A stretch of 63,301 nucleotides of DNA, the filler included. It is 12 parts of 12 records of this genome, joined end to end, with 100 filler letters (N's around TTAATTAATTAA, not from the genome) between each part and the next. Parts side by side here need not be neighbours in the genome. Positions count along the whole stretch, not along the records: positions 47,142 to 58,823 come from SRR7504441_10435; positions 58,924 to 63,301 come from SRR7504441_10438; 10 more parts are not named here. The stretch is one strand, 5' to 3'. The notes under the pieces were generated by a model. That model was given only the letters and a program-made list of their open reading frames with translations, made no database searches and had not been told where the DNA came from. Within the stretch, counting starts at the first letter, position 1, and the number at the start of each line of letters is the position of its first letter. A program made the translations under genes and the position numbers. This document shows positions 49,173 through 61,872 of this stretch, piece after piece.

Positions 49173-52100
49173 ATGCGGCGCACCCACCGGGAGGCCTCCA
49201 ACCCGCACGCTGCCATCCTTGAGTGCGCCCGCCCGCCCCGCCCGCCTTTCACCCCCACACCCAGGGTTCCGCGCGCCTGCGGCCGGTACGTGGCCCCTCA
49301 GTCCAATCGCCCGGCCTGGGCTACGCGTGGCTCGGCCCAGTCGCGGCAAGCCCCGCACAGCCAGCCCGGCCCGCTGCGCTCCTGGGATGCGGGCCAGCCC
49401 CAGCCGGCCACCCGAGCCCCAGCGGCGAGCCAGCTGCGCCAGGGACCCGTGAGTGACGGCGAGGCCCGCCAGATCGCACCCCGGAAGGACCATGTACACC
49501 GGCTGAACCAAGGGGAGCTCCGGATAGACGCGGGCGGCCCAGACGCACCGACGGCCGACCTGTCGGAGGAATCGGTCAAGAGCTACCTGCGGAGCCTGAT
49601 GCGGCTGGACCACAGTGCGCCCAAGACCCACTCGGACCGGCCGGGGGAGCCGGGGGAGCTGCGGGAGCTGGGGGGGCTGGGGGGGCTGGAGGGGCTGGAG
49701 GGGCAGACCAGGCCCACGTGGCAGCCGAGTGCTGACTGGTTTGAGGCAATAGTTGGCAAGGGTTTCCGCGACCGCCGGCCTGCACCAGCCCAACAGCCGA
49801 TAGAGCCGACGTCGATCCCTTTGGATCTACCCAGCAGCTCGGTGGACGATCAGACCATCAGCAGGTGGCTCGTGCGGCGGCCCTAGTGAGCTGGCAGACA
49901 GGCGGCGCGAGCCCCAAGACCGGCCGCAGAGCTACACTCAGCCGGCAGCCAGCGCCGACGATGCGGCCCGGGCTTGGTTTGCCGGTGGTGGGGCGGGCGG
50001 CTGGTTTAGCGGCCCGGTCATGGAGCGTAGCCGGCCGGAGTTGCAGGCACTGGACCGGCTCGTGAGCCAACTGAGCCCGGCCGCCGGGGCCGGCTGGATG
50101 CACAGCTCCCAGTGCACGCCCGACGCCCGAATCCAGCTGTGCGCCGGCGGGAGGGTGCGGCTGAGCTTGGGGCAGGCGGCGGCTCGTGGACCGGCCGGAC
50201 GAGCTGGAGCTGAGCAGCGTCAGTCCTGAGGCGGGCACCATGTACGTGCTCGAGCTGCTCCGACAGCTTCCTGGCGGGCTTGTCCCACTGGAGACGGCCG
50301 TTGAGCTGGTGCGGGACCGGTCGGTCCATCAAGCGGTGCTCGCGAGTCGACTGAGCCCGGAGCGGCTGTCGTGTTGGAATCGGTTGGTCCAGCACTGGCG
50401 CGAGCTTGTCGCCAGCCGTTCGGTGCCGGGAGCGCGCCAGCTTGCGACAGTGCTGTTTGGGCTGGTGTGCCCAGAGGTGCACGCTCGGGCGTGCCGGGAT
50501 CGACTGGGCGGGGCAGTGTGCAGATCTGAAGCTGATTGAGGTGATTGAGGAAATAATTCAGCTGCAACCGGCGGCGACTGAGCCAGTCTCGTCTGCCGAG
50601 GTGCCCCCGCCGTTGCCGGGGCTCAGATCATGTGGCAGGCGGTGCGGCTGATTGGGCTGCTCCCAGTCTCTCTGCGGCATCGCCTGGTGCCTGATAGCAC
50701 AGTCGTGCGCCTGGCCAAGCTGATTCCTCTCGACAAATTGCTAGAAGCCTCTGGCCAGCTGCCGGAGGCGCATGCTAACGCGTTTGTCACGGTACGACAG
50801 GCTTTAGGCGCCATGCTGGAGCAGGCTTGGGGCCAGGCATGCGTGGAGGCGCAGGCAGCTTGTGAGACGGCTAAGCTTAGCGAGCCAGAACTGCAGGACA
50901 TTGTAGCCAGAGCTACTGGCGAGGTGGGCCTGCCCGGCAGTCGAGCTACTGTGGTCAAGGTTGGTGCAGGCCACTATCGATGCAGCCAGCATCGAGGCTC
51001 GCATGCGTGAGAAGCTCACGCAACTCTTTGTGCTACTGGACGCGAACGGTGATGGTATGCTCACCAACGACGAATTTGAGCGCGCGTGCGGCCGGCCAAA
51101 TCTGCTATTGTTACTTGGACAGGTCTGTAACTGGCCACATAAAACTGGCTTGAGCCCTAATAGGCCGTTACAACTGAGATCGCGGCCAGGTGCCTGTCGA
51201 CTCGCAGGCGAGGATGAGTCGAGCTGCGTTCATGAACTTTTTCCTCAAGCAAGTACCTGAGCAGGTGGGTGGCAAGCAGGCGCTTCAACTCGTTTCTCTC
51301 CTGTGCCAGGAGCAGGCAGCAATTTCTGATCACTCGATTCGTCCGGTTGACAGCCAAACCTTCCAACGCGAAGTCATGCGTACGTTCACGCTGATCGATC
51401 AGAACAACGATTGCCACATAAGCCCTGAAGAGCTCAGCGAAGTATGTGGCCCGACCGCCCCGCTGCTGTTAGAGGCGCTGGGGAATAATACAGTCCACAA
51501 CACAGCGGGCATCATCACGATGCAGCAGTGGACCAAATTCTGGGACTCTGTGGCACGAGAGCAGGGCGATGTGCTAGCACAGTACCAACTTGGGCTCGTG
51601 AGAGACCGGACAGTCAAAGCCACGGTGACCACCGAGCCTGTGGACGCCAAGGTCGTCAAACCAAGTCGATTGCCTCAGAAAATTGAGGACTTAGCTCTGT
51701 AAGCAGCCGCTTTGGCGAGGCGACTGACGGGCTTGACTGTCGACAGGCGGATCTTTGACGCAATAGCGGCCGACAATTCATATTCGGTTGTCGACAATCC
51801 GAAGATCGACAAACAACACTTATTCATGAGCCAAGTCAACAGCGACGACTGTGAGACTTTGCTCAGAATGTGGAAACAGACGGACCTTGACGGGGATGGC
51901 TTGATTGACAAAGACGAGTGGCTGCACATCTGCCAGCATCTCGGTCAACAGAAGCTGGAGCCGCGACTGGCTAAGATCTGGCACAACTTACAGCGGTGCG
52001 GTATAGGCTGCTGTCAGGACGGCGTAGCTGTGGTGAGAAGACAGCCGCGCCCAATTATGCAAGACGAGACAGGCGCAAGTGTGGATATTGACAGGCTGGC

Positions 52101-53490
52101 AGTGACTGTGTATGAGCTTCTCGATACAGACAGCAGTGGAGAGCTGACCAGGCAAGACATGCTAGACCAGTCTCTACAAATCGACGACGAGGTGCACGGG
52201 TTGGCTCAGGCAATGGACTTTGGCCCAGATGATAGTTTGCACCTGGAAGATTGGATCCTGTGCTGTCGAGAAGCCTCCGAGGAGAATCCAGTCGTTTTCA
52301 GCACGCTGCTGCGGCAAGTGCGCGAAAAGCTAATTCACGCCAGAATGCTAAGCACAGGCAAGCGAGCTACACCGCACCAACAGCACCCAGAGATCACAAG
52401 GCTGGCCCGCAAACTGTTCTGTTTGCTAGACCACGATGATTCGGGGGTGTTGGCTATGTGGGAAGTGATGACCTCTGTTGAGTCGGATGCTGAGGCTACC
52501 AGCATGATGCGCGAGATCGATGCTAGCTCCGATGCAAGTCTTAGCCTTGACGAATGGATGAAGCATTGGCTAGTCAAAGCTGCCAGTGATCAGTCGCGCA
52601 CTGAAATCCAGCTCCAGAAAATGTGTGCGCACCTGCAACAGATGTCTGGAAGCAAGCATCACGCAGCGAGACCTCATAATCCAAGGCTGGACGAACTTGC
52701 ATCATCTGTGTTCAGCATGCTGGATAAGGACAACTCAGGGAAACTTGTGCTCTCTGAAGTGATGGAGTCTCATATGAACGCTGGCTCACTGAGTGAGAGA
52801 GACTGGGCGCTGCAAGTGGTGAAGGACATAGATACTGGGATGGATGGCTCTGTGTCGCTCGATGAGTGGAGACAGTACTGGACCTCGGCTAAGCTTCCCG
52901 ATGACGCTATTGCTGAGGACATACTCACCAAAATCAAGCTGCAGCTGACCAGACAAGGCCTCGCACACACGTCCCCTGTGCAGAGCAGGCGAAGGATGCG
53001 CCCATCCAATCCGAGACTTGATAAGCTAGCCGATGATTTATTTGACCTGCTTGATACTGACGAGAATCAAATCCTGCAACTTGCTAATGTAGCAGAGTTG
53101 ACCCAGCGTGTCAAAGATGCAGGAAACGATACTACCGACGCCATTCGACGACTCAGCTCCATTCGAACTGCTAAGGAGGGGACCATCGACCATAAAGAGT
53201 GGAAGGATTACTGGGCTTCTGAGGAAGCCGGCGACGATGGGCAGGTTGAAATCAAATTGAAGCAGATGAGAATCGCAGTGGAGAAATCCTATGGACTACC
53301 ACAAGAGAGCCTGCGAGAGTCTACGATCGCAGAATTCGAAAAATTGGAACACTTTGCTCGAAATTCGGGTACAATGAGCCCAAAATCGCCAAAGAAGTCA
53401 CCAACTTCAATCAGATCACCCAAGGCGTGGGACGGAGTCGGTCGAAAATTGAGACACAGCCACACACTCCGCGATAGTGGGCTCTTCTGA
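49173..53490 (+). CDS. Large multi-EF-hand repeat protein, possibly with a degenerate RhoGAP-like region; multi-exon
   Basis: Many EF loops (DANGDGML, DQNNDCHI, DLDGDGLI, DTDSSGEL, DHDDSGVL, DKDNSGKL, DTDENQIL) in about 100-aa units. The intron at about 51699-51747 joins two of the ORFs; 5' linkage is less certain. Confidence 0.65.
49640..49703 (+). repeat. 9-bp-period G-rich tandem repeat within coding sequence
   Basis: About 7 units of GGGGAGCCG/GGGGGGCTG/GAGGGGCTG encoding GEP-GEL-REL-GGL-GGL-EGL. Confidence 0.7.
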
Positions 53491-53857
53491 AGTTGTAGCA
53501 TTCTTGTAGGTTCTTTTGTGGCAGCCTATGGGGTTTCTTTACTGTGATTGTCATTCGTTGTGTGTAATTACAAGTAAAACATTGCGTATATATTAAATTG
53601 TTACCAGTACTAAGTACCGTGTACAGTACTCCATACAGCTTAGTGCGAGGTTAAAATGATCATGACACTAGGCCTTGACTTAAAGCATGCCTTCAGTGAT
53701 GGTATGAACGCCTCGACGGTGAGGCATACACAGGCGGCTGCCCCACCAAACTCAGCTGCTTCTCAGGCTCTGAGTCGCTGCATATGCCCTCAGCCAGCCA
53801 TTATACAAACCAACCCGATCTGCAGGGCTATTCTAATTGCCTAGGCGTCTACCAGGT

Positions 53858-54624
53858 TTACTTGACTACCTGCAGCGCATCTGGAATCCCGTCTCGATTC
53901 CGGTCCACCCCGCTGACGATATAGTCAGGCATCCCATCCCCGTCGACATCCACTGCCACAGTGGCGCGGGGTGGATAGCTCTGTGTTGCAGTCAGCCGAT
54001 CCCGATCGAGCAGCCAGGAGCATACCTCTATTCTGCGTTCAGGGCTGCGCGAGAGCGAAGGCTCCCGTATCGCGTGCTCTATCTGCTCCGCTGGCACCAC
54101 TGAGCCCAGACCACTCCCCTGCCCGCCATTGCCGGTCAGCAGTCTGCCCGGCGATTCGACGACTCGACTGTGTGGCCGGAGCTCAGTGCAGGGCAGTCGA
54201 CTAGCCATGGCGGCCGGGCTGGGCGGCTCACCACGCTCCGCTCGAGCGCCTCTACCAACTTCTTGCCCCCCTGCGGCCCGGTGAGCGGCGGCTAACCAGC
54301 TGCCGGCTGCCTGCAGGTTGTGATTGAAGTTCTCCATGCTTTTGACGATCTCGCGCATCTTGGCCTTTTTCTGGGAGCGCAGATCCTGCCTGGCCGCTCG
54401 GCCAGCCCCGGCCGGGCCTGGTGCCCGCAGGTAGGCCAGCGGCCCCACGAATGGCTCGCCATACTTGCGGACGCACAGGTCGCACTGCTCGATGTCGCTG
54501 TCGATCTGTCGGCCGGCTGGCGGCAGCCCGGGCGGCTGGTGGCCTCTAGCAGCTCCTGTTCGAGGATGGTCCAGTGGGCCTCCAGCGAGGTGAGCACCGT
54601 TACGAGCTCACTCCGCGAGTCCAT
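53858..54624 (-). CDS. Hypothetical protein with C-terminal DxDxDG calcium-binding-like motifs
   Basis: VAVDVDGDGMPDYIVSGVDRNRDGIPDALQ at the C-terminus; short introns upstream. Confidence 0.55.
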
Positions 54625-54824
54625 CGCTGCCGGCCCGTCAGCCTGGCCGGCCCGGCCGCGCACCCGACAGCGGGGGCTGCCCGCTCTGGCTGCCCCCAAA
54701 CCCGCGACTCATCCGCGTGTCTCCAGTGCAGGGCACACCCCTGTCGCTCAGCTGCCAGAAAATTGTTGATACGATTACGAAGTTGAGCGACGGTTGTAAA
54801 AACGCCACAGATTGCGCCACACAC

Positions 54825-57800
54825 ATGGCCGATCAGTTGAATGCGTCCGCGCTGGTTGCGCTGAACAAGCGGGGACTCGACGCGGCCGCTTCGCCCTTCA
54901 GCCCAAGCCCTAGGATGTCGAGTGCCAAGAAGCGAGGTGGCCGTCTGTTCATGCCCTCCCCCGGTGTGCCCTCGGCTTAGCCCTTGCTGCCGCAGCCGCC
55001 AGCAAGACCAAGCGCTGCTCACTCGAACCGCTCCACTCAGGTGGCCAAATGACCCACGACCCCATCCGGGACGGCACTGCAGACGCGGGCCAGCTGGTCC
55101 GCATCAGCTTCCAGGCACCGACCCGGCCGCGGCGTGGCGCGAGCGGCGGCGCAGGTGACCTACCCGGTGCGCCAAGACCAGCGGCTGGTGGTGATCGGAT
55201 CACACCACGTGCTCGGAGCGTGGGACGTGATGAAGTCGGTCCAGATGACCCGGAAGGGCGACTCGAACGAGTTTTTCGTGCGCGGTCGGCCCGGCGAGGG
55301 CGAGCGGCGGGGCGCAGGTGGAGGTGTGGCTGCAGGAGAAGGTGCAGTTCGACTATAAGTACCTGGTGCTCGGGGGACAAGACGAGCCCACCGTGGTCTG
55401 GAGCAGCGACTGCAAGTCTCGGGTGTCGCAGGCCAATGGCTCAGCCGAGGCCGTCCAAGTCCAGCTTATGGCCACCAACGAGCATCGCTCACAGGCAGCC
55501 GGCCGTCGGCCGCACCGGCGAGCGCGAGCAGGTGAGCGACCGGATCGGTGGGGCGGAGGCGCTGCATGCTGGCCCGAGTCAGGAGGAGAGGGAGCGCGAG
55601 GCGCAGAGCAAGCTCGATGCATGCAAGCTCGAGCAGATGGGCGAGCAGAAGGACGCCACCATCAAGGAGCTCAAGGCCAAGCTCGAGTCGGTGGACGAGC
55701 AGCGCAAGACCGAGGCAGTGAACCGGCAGGCCGACCTGGAGTGCGTGCCGGGCGGGGTGCGGCTTGCTGAGGCTGGGGACAGCATGCTCCGTGGCAAGCT
55801 GAGTGAGATGGGCAAGGGGCGAGAGAAATTAGAGCGGGAGAGCCAGATGGCTGAAGACAAGGTGGGCTCGAGTGCAGGGTGGGACTGAGCTGTGGGGACA
55901 GCTGAAGGAGAGTGAGAACAAGTACAGTGAGCTCGAGAGGCAGCTGGAGGAGGTCAATGAGGCTAAGCAGAAGGTTGAGGCAGCGGCCGAGTCAGGGAGC
56001 CAGCAATGGGAGCAAGAGGCGCAGCGCGAGAAGCAGATGCGGTTCGAGATCGAGGACGCCGCCAAGCGAAGCCGGGCGGACTATGAAGAGAAGATCGGCT
56101 CCCTCGAAGAGGCGGTGTCCAAGGCGACAGCCGAACTAGCCCAGACAGAGCAGCAGGTGCTGGGAAGGGCCCGGGCCAGACTCAGCCCGTGGGCAGGTGA
56201 AGCAGCTCGAGGGTGAGATTCAGGCGAGCACAGACTGCAACAAGCAGCTGCAGGCCGAGGCGGCGGCCAAAGCAGAGCAGCTTACTCAGCTGGCCCAGCT
56301 GCAGCAGCAGGAGGTGGCGCAGCTCAAGCAAGGGCTGGAGCTGATGAAGAAGGAGATGATAGAGCAGCTCGAGAAGGTCAAGGAGGAGGAGACGGTTTGT
56401 GTCCGGTGTGAGCTGTCGACTGACTTGTTGAGCAGGCTAAGGCCAAGGCTGGGCTGGATGAGCTAGCCGGGAGGCTCAGCCAAGTGCAGACCAAGTGTGA
56501 GAAGCTCAACAGCGAGCGGCGCAAGCTGCACAACGAAGTGATGGAGCTCAAGGGCAACATCCGAGTGTTCTGCCGGATCCGACCGGCCAAGGAGGAGCAA
56601 GAGGTCTGCGTGCAGCAGTCCGGTGACTCGATGAACAGCCTGACAACCATGGACACCAGCAACGCCAAGGCCAAGTGCCAGAGCTTCGAGTACGATCACG
56701 TCTTTGGGCCAGCCACCTCCAATGCGCAAGTGTTCGACGAGGTACTCTCAACCGCCCCCCAAGTGCGCTGACTCTGTCGACAGGTGGAGCCACTCGTGAC
56801 CTCCGTGCTGGATGGATTCAACGGGTGCATCTTCGCGTATGGCCAGACCGGTTCCGGCAAGACGCACACGATGATGGGTACCCAGCAGCAGCCTGGTGTC
56901 AACATTCTGGCGCTGAAGCAGCTGTTTGCTGAGACTGCCAACTGCCACCATCGCAAGTTCTCACTGTCGGTGTCGCTGCTCGAGGTGTACAACGAGACAA
57001 TCCGCGACCTGCTCACCACAAACGAGACCGGCGCCAACTTGGAGATCCGCACTGGGCCACAAGGCCAGTACTGCCCGGATGCAACTATCCAAGGTGTCAG
57101 TGGGATGGATGATGTGAGGCAGCTGATGGAGATTGGCAACGCCAACCGGTCGACTGCAGCCACCAACTGCAACGAGCACTCGTCGCGGTCGCACTGCCTG
57201 CTATCTGTCTACATTGCAGGTGAGCACCTCAAGACCGGTGACACTGTCTCCTCGTGCTTGCATCTGGTCGACCTGGCCGGCTCAGAGCGGCTGTCGAGGT
57301 CCGGTGCCACAGGCGACCGTGCAAGGGAGGCTCAGAACATCAACAAGTCGCTGTCAGCTCTGGGCGATGTGGTGATGTCCCTGTTCAACAAGTCGAATCA
57401 CGTGCCGTATCGCAACTCAAAGCTCACATTCCTCCTGCAGGATGCAATTGGTGGCAACTCCAAGACGCTGATGATGATGCAAGTCAGCCCGTCGACTCCT
57501 GATTTGAACGAATCGATGTGCACTCTCAAGTTTGCGCAGCGTGTGCGCGGAGTACAGGTCGGTGTTGCGACAAAGAACGGTAACAGCGGCGAAGTGGCTA
57601 AACTCAAGGAGGAAGTCACAAACATGAAGCGATCCCTCTCCGACAAGCAGGCCGAGCTCGAAAAGCAGACAAGGCAGATCAAGTCTCTTCAGAGCAAAAT
57701 CAACGCCGCCGACTCGGCCAACCGCGACCTGCAGTCAACCAAGATGGAGACGAAAGACCTATCGAAGCAAGTTGACCAGCAGGAGCGCGAGCTGGCTAAA

Positions 57801-58694
57801 GCTGCGACTGAAAAGAAGAACTTGGAGGCCAAGCTAGAGAAGCTTCAGAAGAAGCTGAGCGATGAGGAGTCTGGGCACAAGGGCGACTCCAAGAAGCTGG
57901 AAGAGATGGAGGCCAAGTACAGGGATCTGCAGAAGCGCAACGAGGAGCTTGCAGCAAAGTGCGAATCCAAGCAGTCGAGAGCTCTAGTGAAGCAAGATGA
58001 AGATAATGAGCGGTTCGCTGCCCTGGAGGCCAAGTACAGCAATCTGCTTGCCAAGAATGGAGCGCTGGCAGAGAAGTACGACAGCGCGTCAGCCAAGGAG
58101 AAGGAACTCATGGCAAGAGTGGAGTCCCTTGAGGCTGAGCTCGCCGAGTCGAACAAGCCAGAGTCTCGGGCTGAGTTTACTGTCCCAGATTCTCCGTCGG
58201 ACAAGTTTGCTGTGTTGTTCGGTTCAAAGGATGAAGAACGGCGCATGTCACCGAAGAGGACAGCGATGGATGCTGCCCCTGTGGAATCGCCTGCTCGCAA
58301 GTCAAGGAGGAAGAGCAGTCTGACCCCTCGACGCGAGAGCGAAGCCAATGAGATGAAGGATCAGCTGCTGGCCTGGCAGGAGAAGAAGCGCGAGCTCAAT
58401 GCGTCCGGCGGCAAGCTCGGACTGGAGGAGTTGCAGATTCCTCAAGATAAGGAGAACGGCAGGGGCCAGCGTGTAAAGACGGCTCGCGCGAGACTGAGCA
58501 CCGCCCAAGCCCCGAGCGGGACCGGCACTCCCAAGGGTTATCGTCCGGGTAGCCTGACGACAGCGGTCGCAGCACGGAGGAAGTCGAACGCGCACAGAAA
58601 TGCCCAGAGGGTTCCAGTCAAGCCTGCTCCGTACAGAGGAGGGGCTAAGCGAGTGCAGAAGCCGGCTGCGGAGGCTTCACGATTCCGTTTCTAG
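54825..58694 (+). CDS. Kinesin-14 family motor with N-terminal CBM20 starch-binding domain and coiled coils, 8 introns
   Basis: Introns 54964-54995, 55115-55154 (GC), 55278-55317, 55495-55531 (GC), 55741-55782, 55862-55901, 56157-56196, 56395-56435 and 56742-56783 give one open frame. 55741-55782 is in-frame and optional. Motifs: CBM20 VIGSHHVLGAWD...FDYKY...VVW; kinesin-14 neck RRKLHNEVMELKGNIRVFCRIRP; motor GQTGSGKT, SSRSH, LVDLAGSE, HVPYRNSKLT. Confidence 0.85.
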
Positions 58695-58923
58695 ACGGAT
58701 TTCATTCGGTAATTCTGCAGATCCAAACTGATCGCTGCACACACACAGATGTCAAAGACGCGCCTCGGTCGCGTCTTCATCATACAGTACACGTCAATCA
58801 ATCAAAGTCTTTATTGCATCCTANNNNNNNNNNNNNNNNNNNNNNNNNNNNNNNNNNNNNNNNNNNNTTAATTAATTAANNNNNNNNNNNNNNNNNNNNN
58901 NNNNNNNNNNNNNNNNNNNNNNN

Positions 58924-59142
58924 GTTCACCCCGCCTGCCCGCGGTCGGCCGCACGGGCTGCACGGGCCGTACCGGCGTCGAGCAGGCTGAGTAGCTTCAT
59001 GTACTCGCCGGCGTCGATGTAGCCGTTCTCGTCGGCCTGCCTGGGCTCAGCCGGCGGCCGCTGCACAGGCCGACGCACGTCAAAGAGCGCAAACACAGCT
59101 TTGAAGTCCGCTGGAGCAGTGCCCGCTGGCGCAGTTGCCATG
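58924..59142 (-). CDS. EF-hand protein, 3' partial
   Basis: FKAVFALFD|ADENGYIDAGEY across a short GT-AG intron. Confidence 0.6.
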
Positions 59143-59321
59143 CCAAAAACGTCTGTGATGTTGCAGGGATGCCCAACCTGCATGCAATGATTGTCGTGAT
59201 TGTGCACGTGCGAGAGGTACTATATAATTGTATAATTGAGGTAATGGTCGGAAGGTATTGGGCAATAAAATACTGAGTAGCTCTTGCGAGTTCACAATAA
59301 TTGTAAGTACTAAATTGCATG

Positions 59322-60427
59322 TCATAATGAAGACGCGGTCACTTCAAAGTTCACACTTGTGAGGGGCTTATTCTTGCGGAACAATTGCCACCAATGCTCG
59401 CCGACCGTAACGTCCTCGAACAGCCGCGCACCTAATGAGGCCGGCGAGCTGATCACGTTGTCATAATCAGCGTTGCGAAAGTAGACAAGTGTGATCCTGG
59501 ACAACGACGAGAGCTCCGGTGGCGGCAACGGCACGCAGTGGAGCGGAGCAAACCAGCGGTTATTCGATCGCTTCTGCATGGGCTCGCCGATGATCACAGT
59601 CAGACAGTCCGGCCTGTAAGCCACCAGCTCGGGCACAAGCACATCGTCCCGGCCTGCCACAGCAAGGTGCGGGTGGGGGAACGTGCTATCTGGAGCCAAT
59701 ACACTGAAATCAGTGAAGTCCTTATGGGCGCTGATCCAGTGCTGCCCAGGTCTACTGTCTCGGTATGGTGCGAGGTACCAGTTACACCTGAACAGCGCGT
59801 CACGCAGCCAGCCGCATGTGTGGACCTCAATTCAGAAAAGTGCCTCGCGTGCAGAGATTCAAACGCATCGGCAGGCATTGACAGCGCTACAGCCATCAGC
59901 GAATAAACCTGGCGGCACAGCACCTCCATCTCGTCACTGTACGCATGCCAAGAGTCCTTCAAGGCCTCCCCAACAGCCCCCTCCGGCCAGCGGTTCTGAG
60001 CAAAGAATCGGCCGTCTGCACTCTCAGCTTGATAGTACCGCGCCTCGCCGGGGTCCAGCGACAGCAACGCAGCTGGCTCAGAGCACGGATGCGCTCCTAC
60101 AGTGAAGCTCTCCTTCCGGTCGGGACTACGCGATCCGCGGAACGCGGTCATGTTGGCGCTGCGCTGGAGCCCGGAGCCGTAACAGACCCATCCGCGCATG
60201 ACGCCGTCGACTTTGGGGGCCGAGAACTGCTCCTTCTGCCGGTCGCTCAGCGCGAACAGCCCGCGGGCGGCGTGGTGGGCTCGATCGAGCGCCGCCTGGA
60301 CTCGGGGGCTCAGCCGGAGGTGGAACAGCCCGCGGCTCGACAGGGCGGCGTCGACGAGCCCGGGCGCTGCGGCGAGGTCGTCGAGGTCCACCACTGGAAT
60401 CTGCAGCGTGCTCGAGGGCCCCGCCAT
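59322..60427 (-). CDS. 2-oxoglutarate/Fe(II) dioxygenase, isopenicillin N synthase-like family, one intron
   Basis: IPVVDL, FALSDRQKEQ, PDRKESF and NRWP. After splicing, HKD...H metal triad and R-I-T (RxS-like). Confidence 0.85.
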
Positions 60428-60501
60428 CTCCGGGCCACCGGTCACCGCTCCTCCCGTCCGGCAGTCCGGCAGTCGGTGCCGTGGTAGAGCTGCAGCTGAC
60501 G

Positions 60502-61872
60502 ATGCTGCGGTCGCTTGGCACCCGGGTAGCCCGGCGGACTCTGGGACGAAGCTGCAGCACCGAGAGCGGCGCGCTGGACGCCTACTCGCGCTGCGTGGTC
60601 GGGGTGCGCCTGACCGTGCCGGATCGGCCTAGCGGTGGCAGGTGGTCCAGTCGGCCGGGCCGGCGGTGGTTCAGATCCAGACTGAGCAATTCGGCCGCCC
60701 AGGGCCGGCCGGCACCGGCTCCGGGTTCGTGGTGAGCGGGGATGGGTACATTGTAACCAACGACCACGTGGTCACCCAGGCCGAGCGGGTGGAGGTCCGG
60801 GCTGCCCAGCCAGGCCACCGAGGCGCGGACAGGTCAACATGGTGGACGGCCGGAAGATGCCGGCCGAGGTGGTAGGCACCGACCCACCCACCGACATCGC
60901 GGTGCGCCAGCCCCCCCGCCGCCGAGCCAGCCGGACGCAGCTGCTTCGAGTGGCCGCCAGCGCGCTGCCGGCGGTCAGCTTCGGGGACTCGAATCAGGTG
61001 TGCCGCTGCCGGCACCAAACCTCTGAGCGGCCGGGCAGCTGTGCGTCGGGCAGCTGGTGGTGGCGATAGGCAATCCGCTCGGGTTTAACAGCACAGTCAC
61101 TGCGGGGGTGGTCTCGGCGACCGCCCGGTCGATGCGGTCTCAGTCGGGGCGGCTGATCGACAACATCATCCAGTCGGACGCGGCGCTCAACCCGGGCAAC
61201 TCGGGCGGGCCGCTGCTCGACTCGGCCGGGCGGGTGGTCGGGGTCAACACGGCGATCATCCAGGGGGCCAACGCGATCAGCTTCTCGGTGATGGGTTTGC
61301 ACAGCTGGTGCGAGCGAGCTGCAGGTTCCTTCCAACACGGCCCAGTGGGTGGTCTCCGAGCTGATCCGGCACGGGCACGTGCTTCGGGGGGCGCTCGGGG
61401 TGGTCGGCGGGGCCAAGCCGATCGGGACCGCGCTCCAGATGCGACTCAAGCTGCAGCAGCCGTCGGTTCCGCAAGTGCACCAGTTGGCGCCCAACAGCGC
61501 AGCGGTGGCTGCTGGGATCAAACCAGGCCAACTGGTGGCAATGGTGAACGGCGTCGGTGGGCGCGACCAAAGGGCCGGCCGAGCGGGGGCAGGGGTGAGC
61601 TCGATGGACGAGTTGTTCCGGGAGCTGAGGTGGCGAAGCGCCGTGTGTGGCTGGTGAGGTTGTCGGGGGCAGCACTAAGCCACCGGGTACTGAAGTGATG
61701 CTGACCGTGCTGGACGCCGACGAGAGCAATCTGCGCAACATCAAGGCGGCAGCCGGATCGGAGGCCCCAACTGAGCTTGCGGCAGGTCACCTTGACTGAG
61801 CTGCCTAAAAAGTCTGGGATCCAGCCTCAGAGGCCGCACATCCCTCGCCTCACCAATGACGGATCCGAATAG
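60502..61872 (+). CDS. HtrA/DegP-family trypsin-like serine protease with PDZ-like C-terminus, about 8 introns
   Basis: [16 protein letters not shown] and [16 protein letters not shown]. Introns 60604-60641, 60795-60832, 60902-60940, 60998-61038 and 61288-61324. Confidence 0.9.

Noticed and set aside
4365-58923. Regularly recurring TTAATTAATTAA as a biological repeat or CRISPR-like array
   Set aside because: It is always embedded in fixed N-runs totalling 100 nt, so it is a concatenation linker.
60604-61324. Short introns as an introner-type mobile family
   Set aside because: Lengths are similar, but I see no shared internal sequence or terminal repeats between introns.
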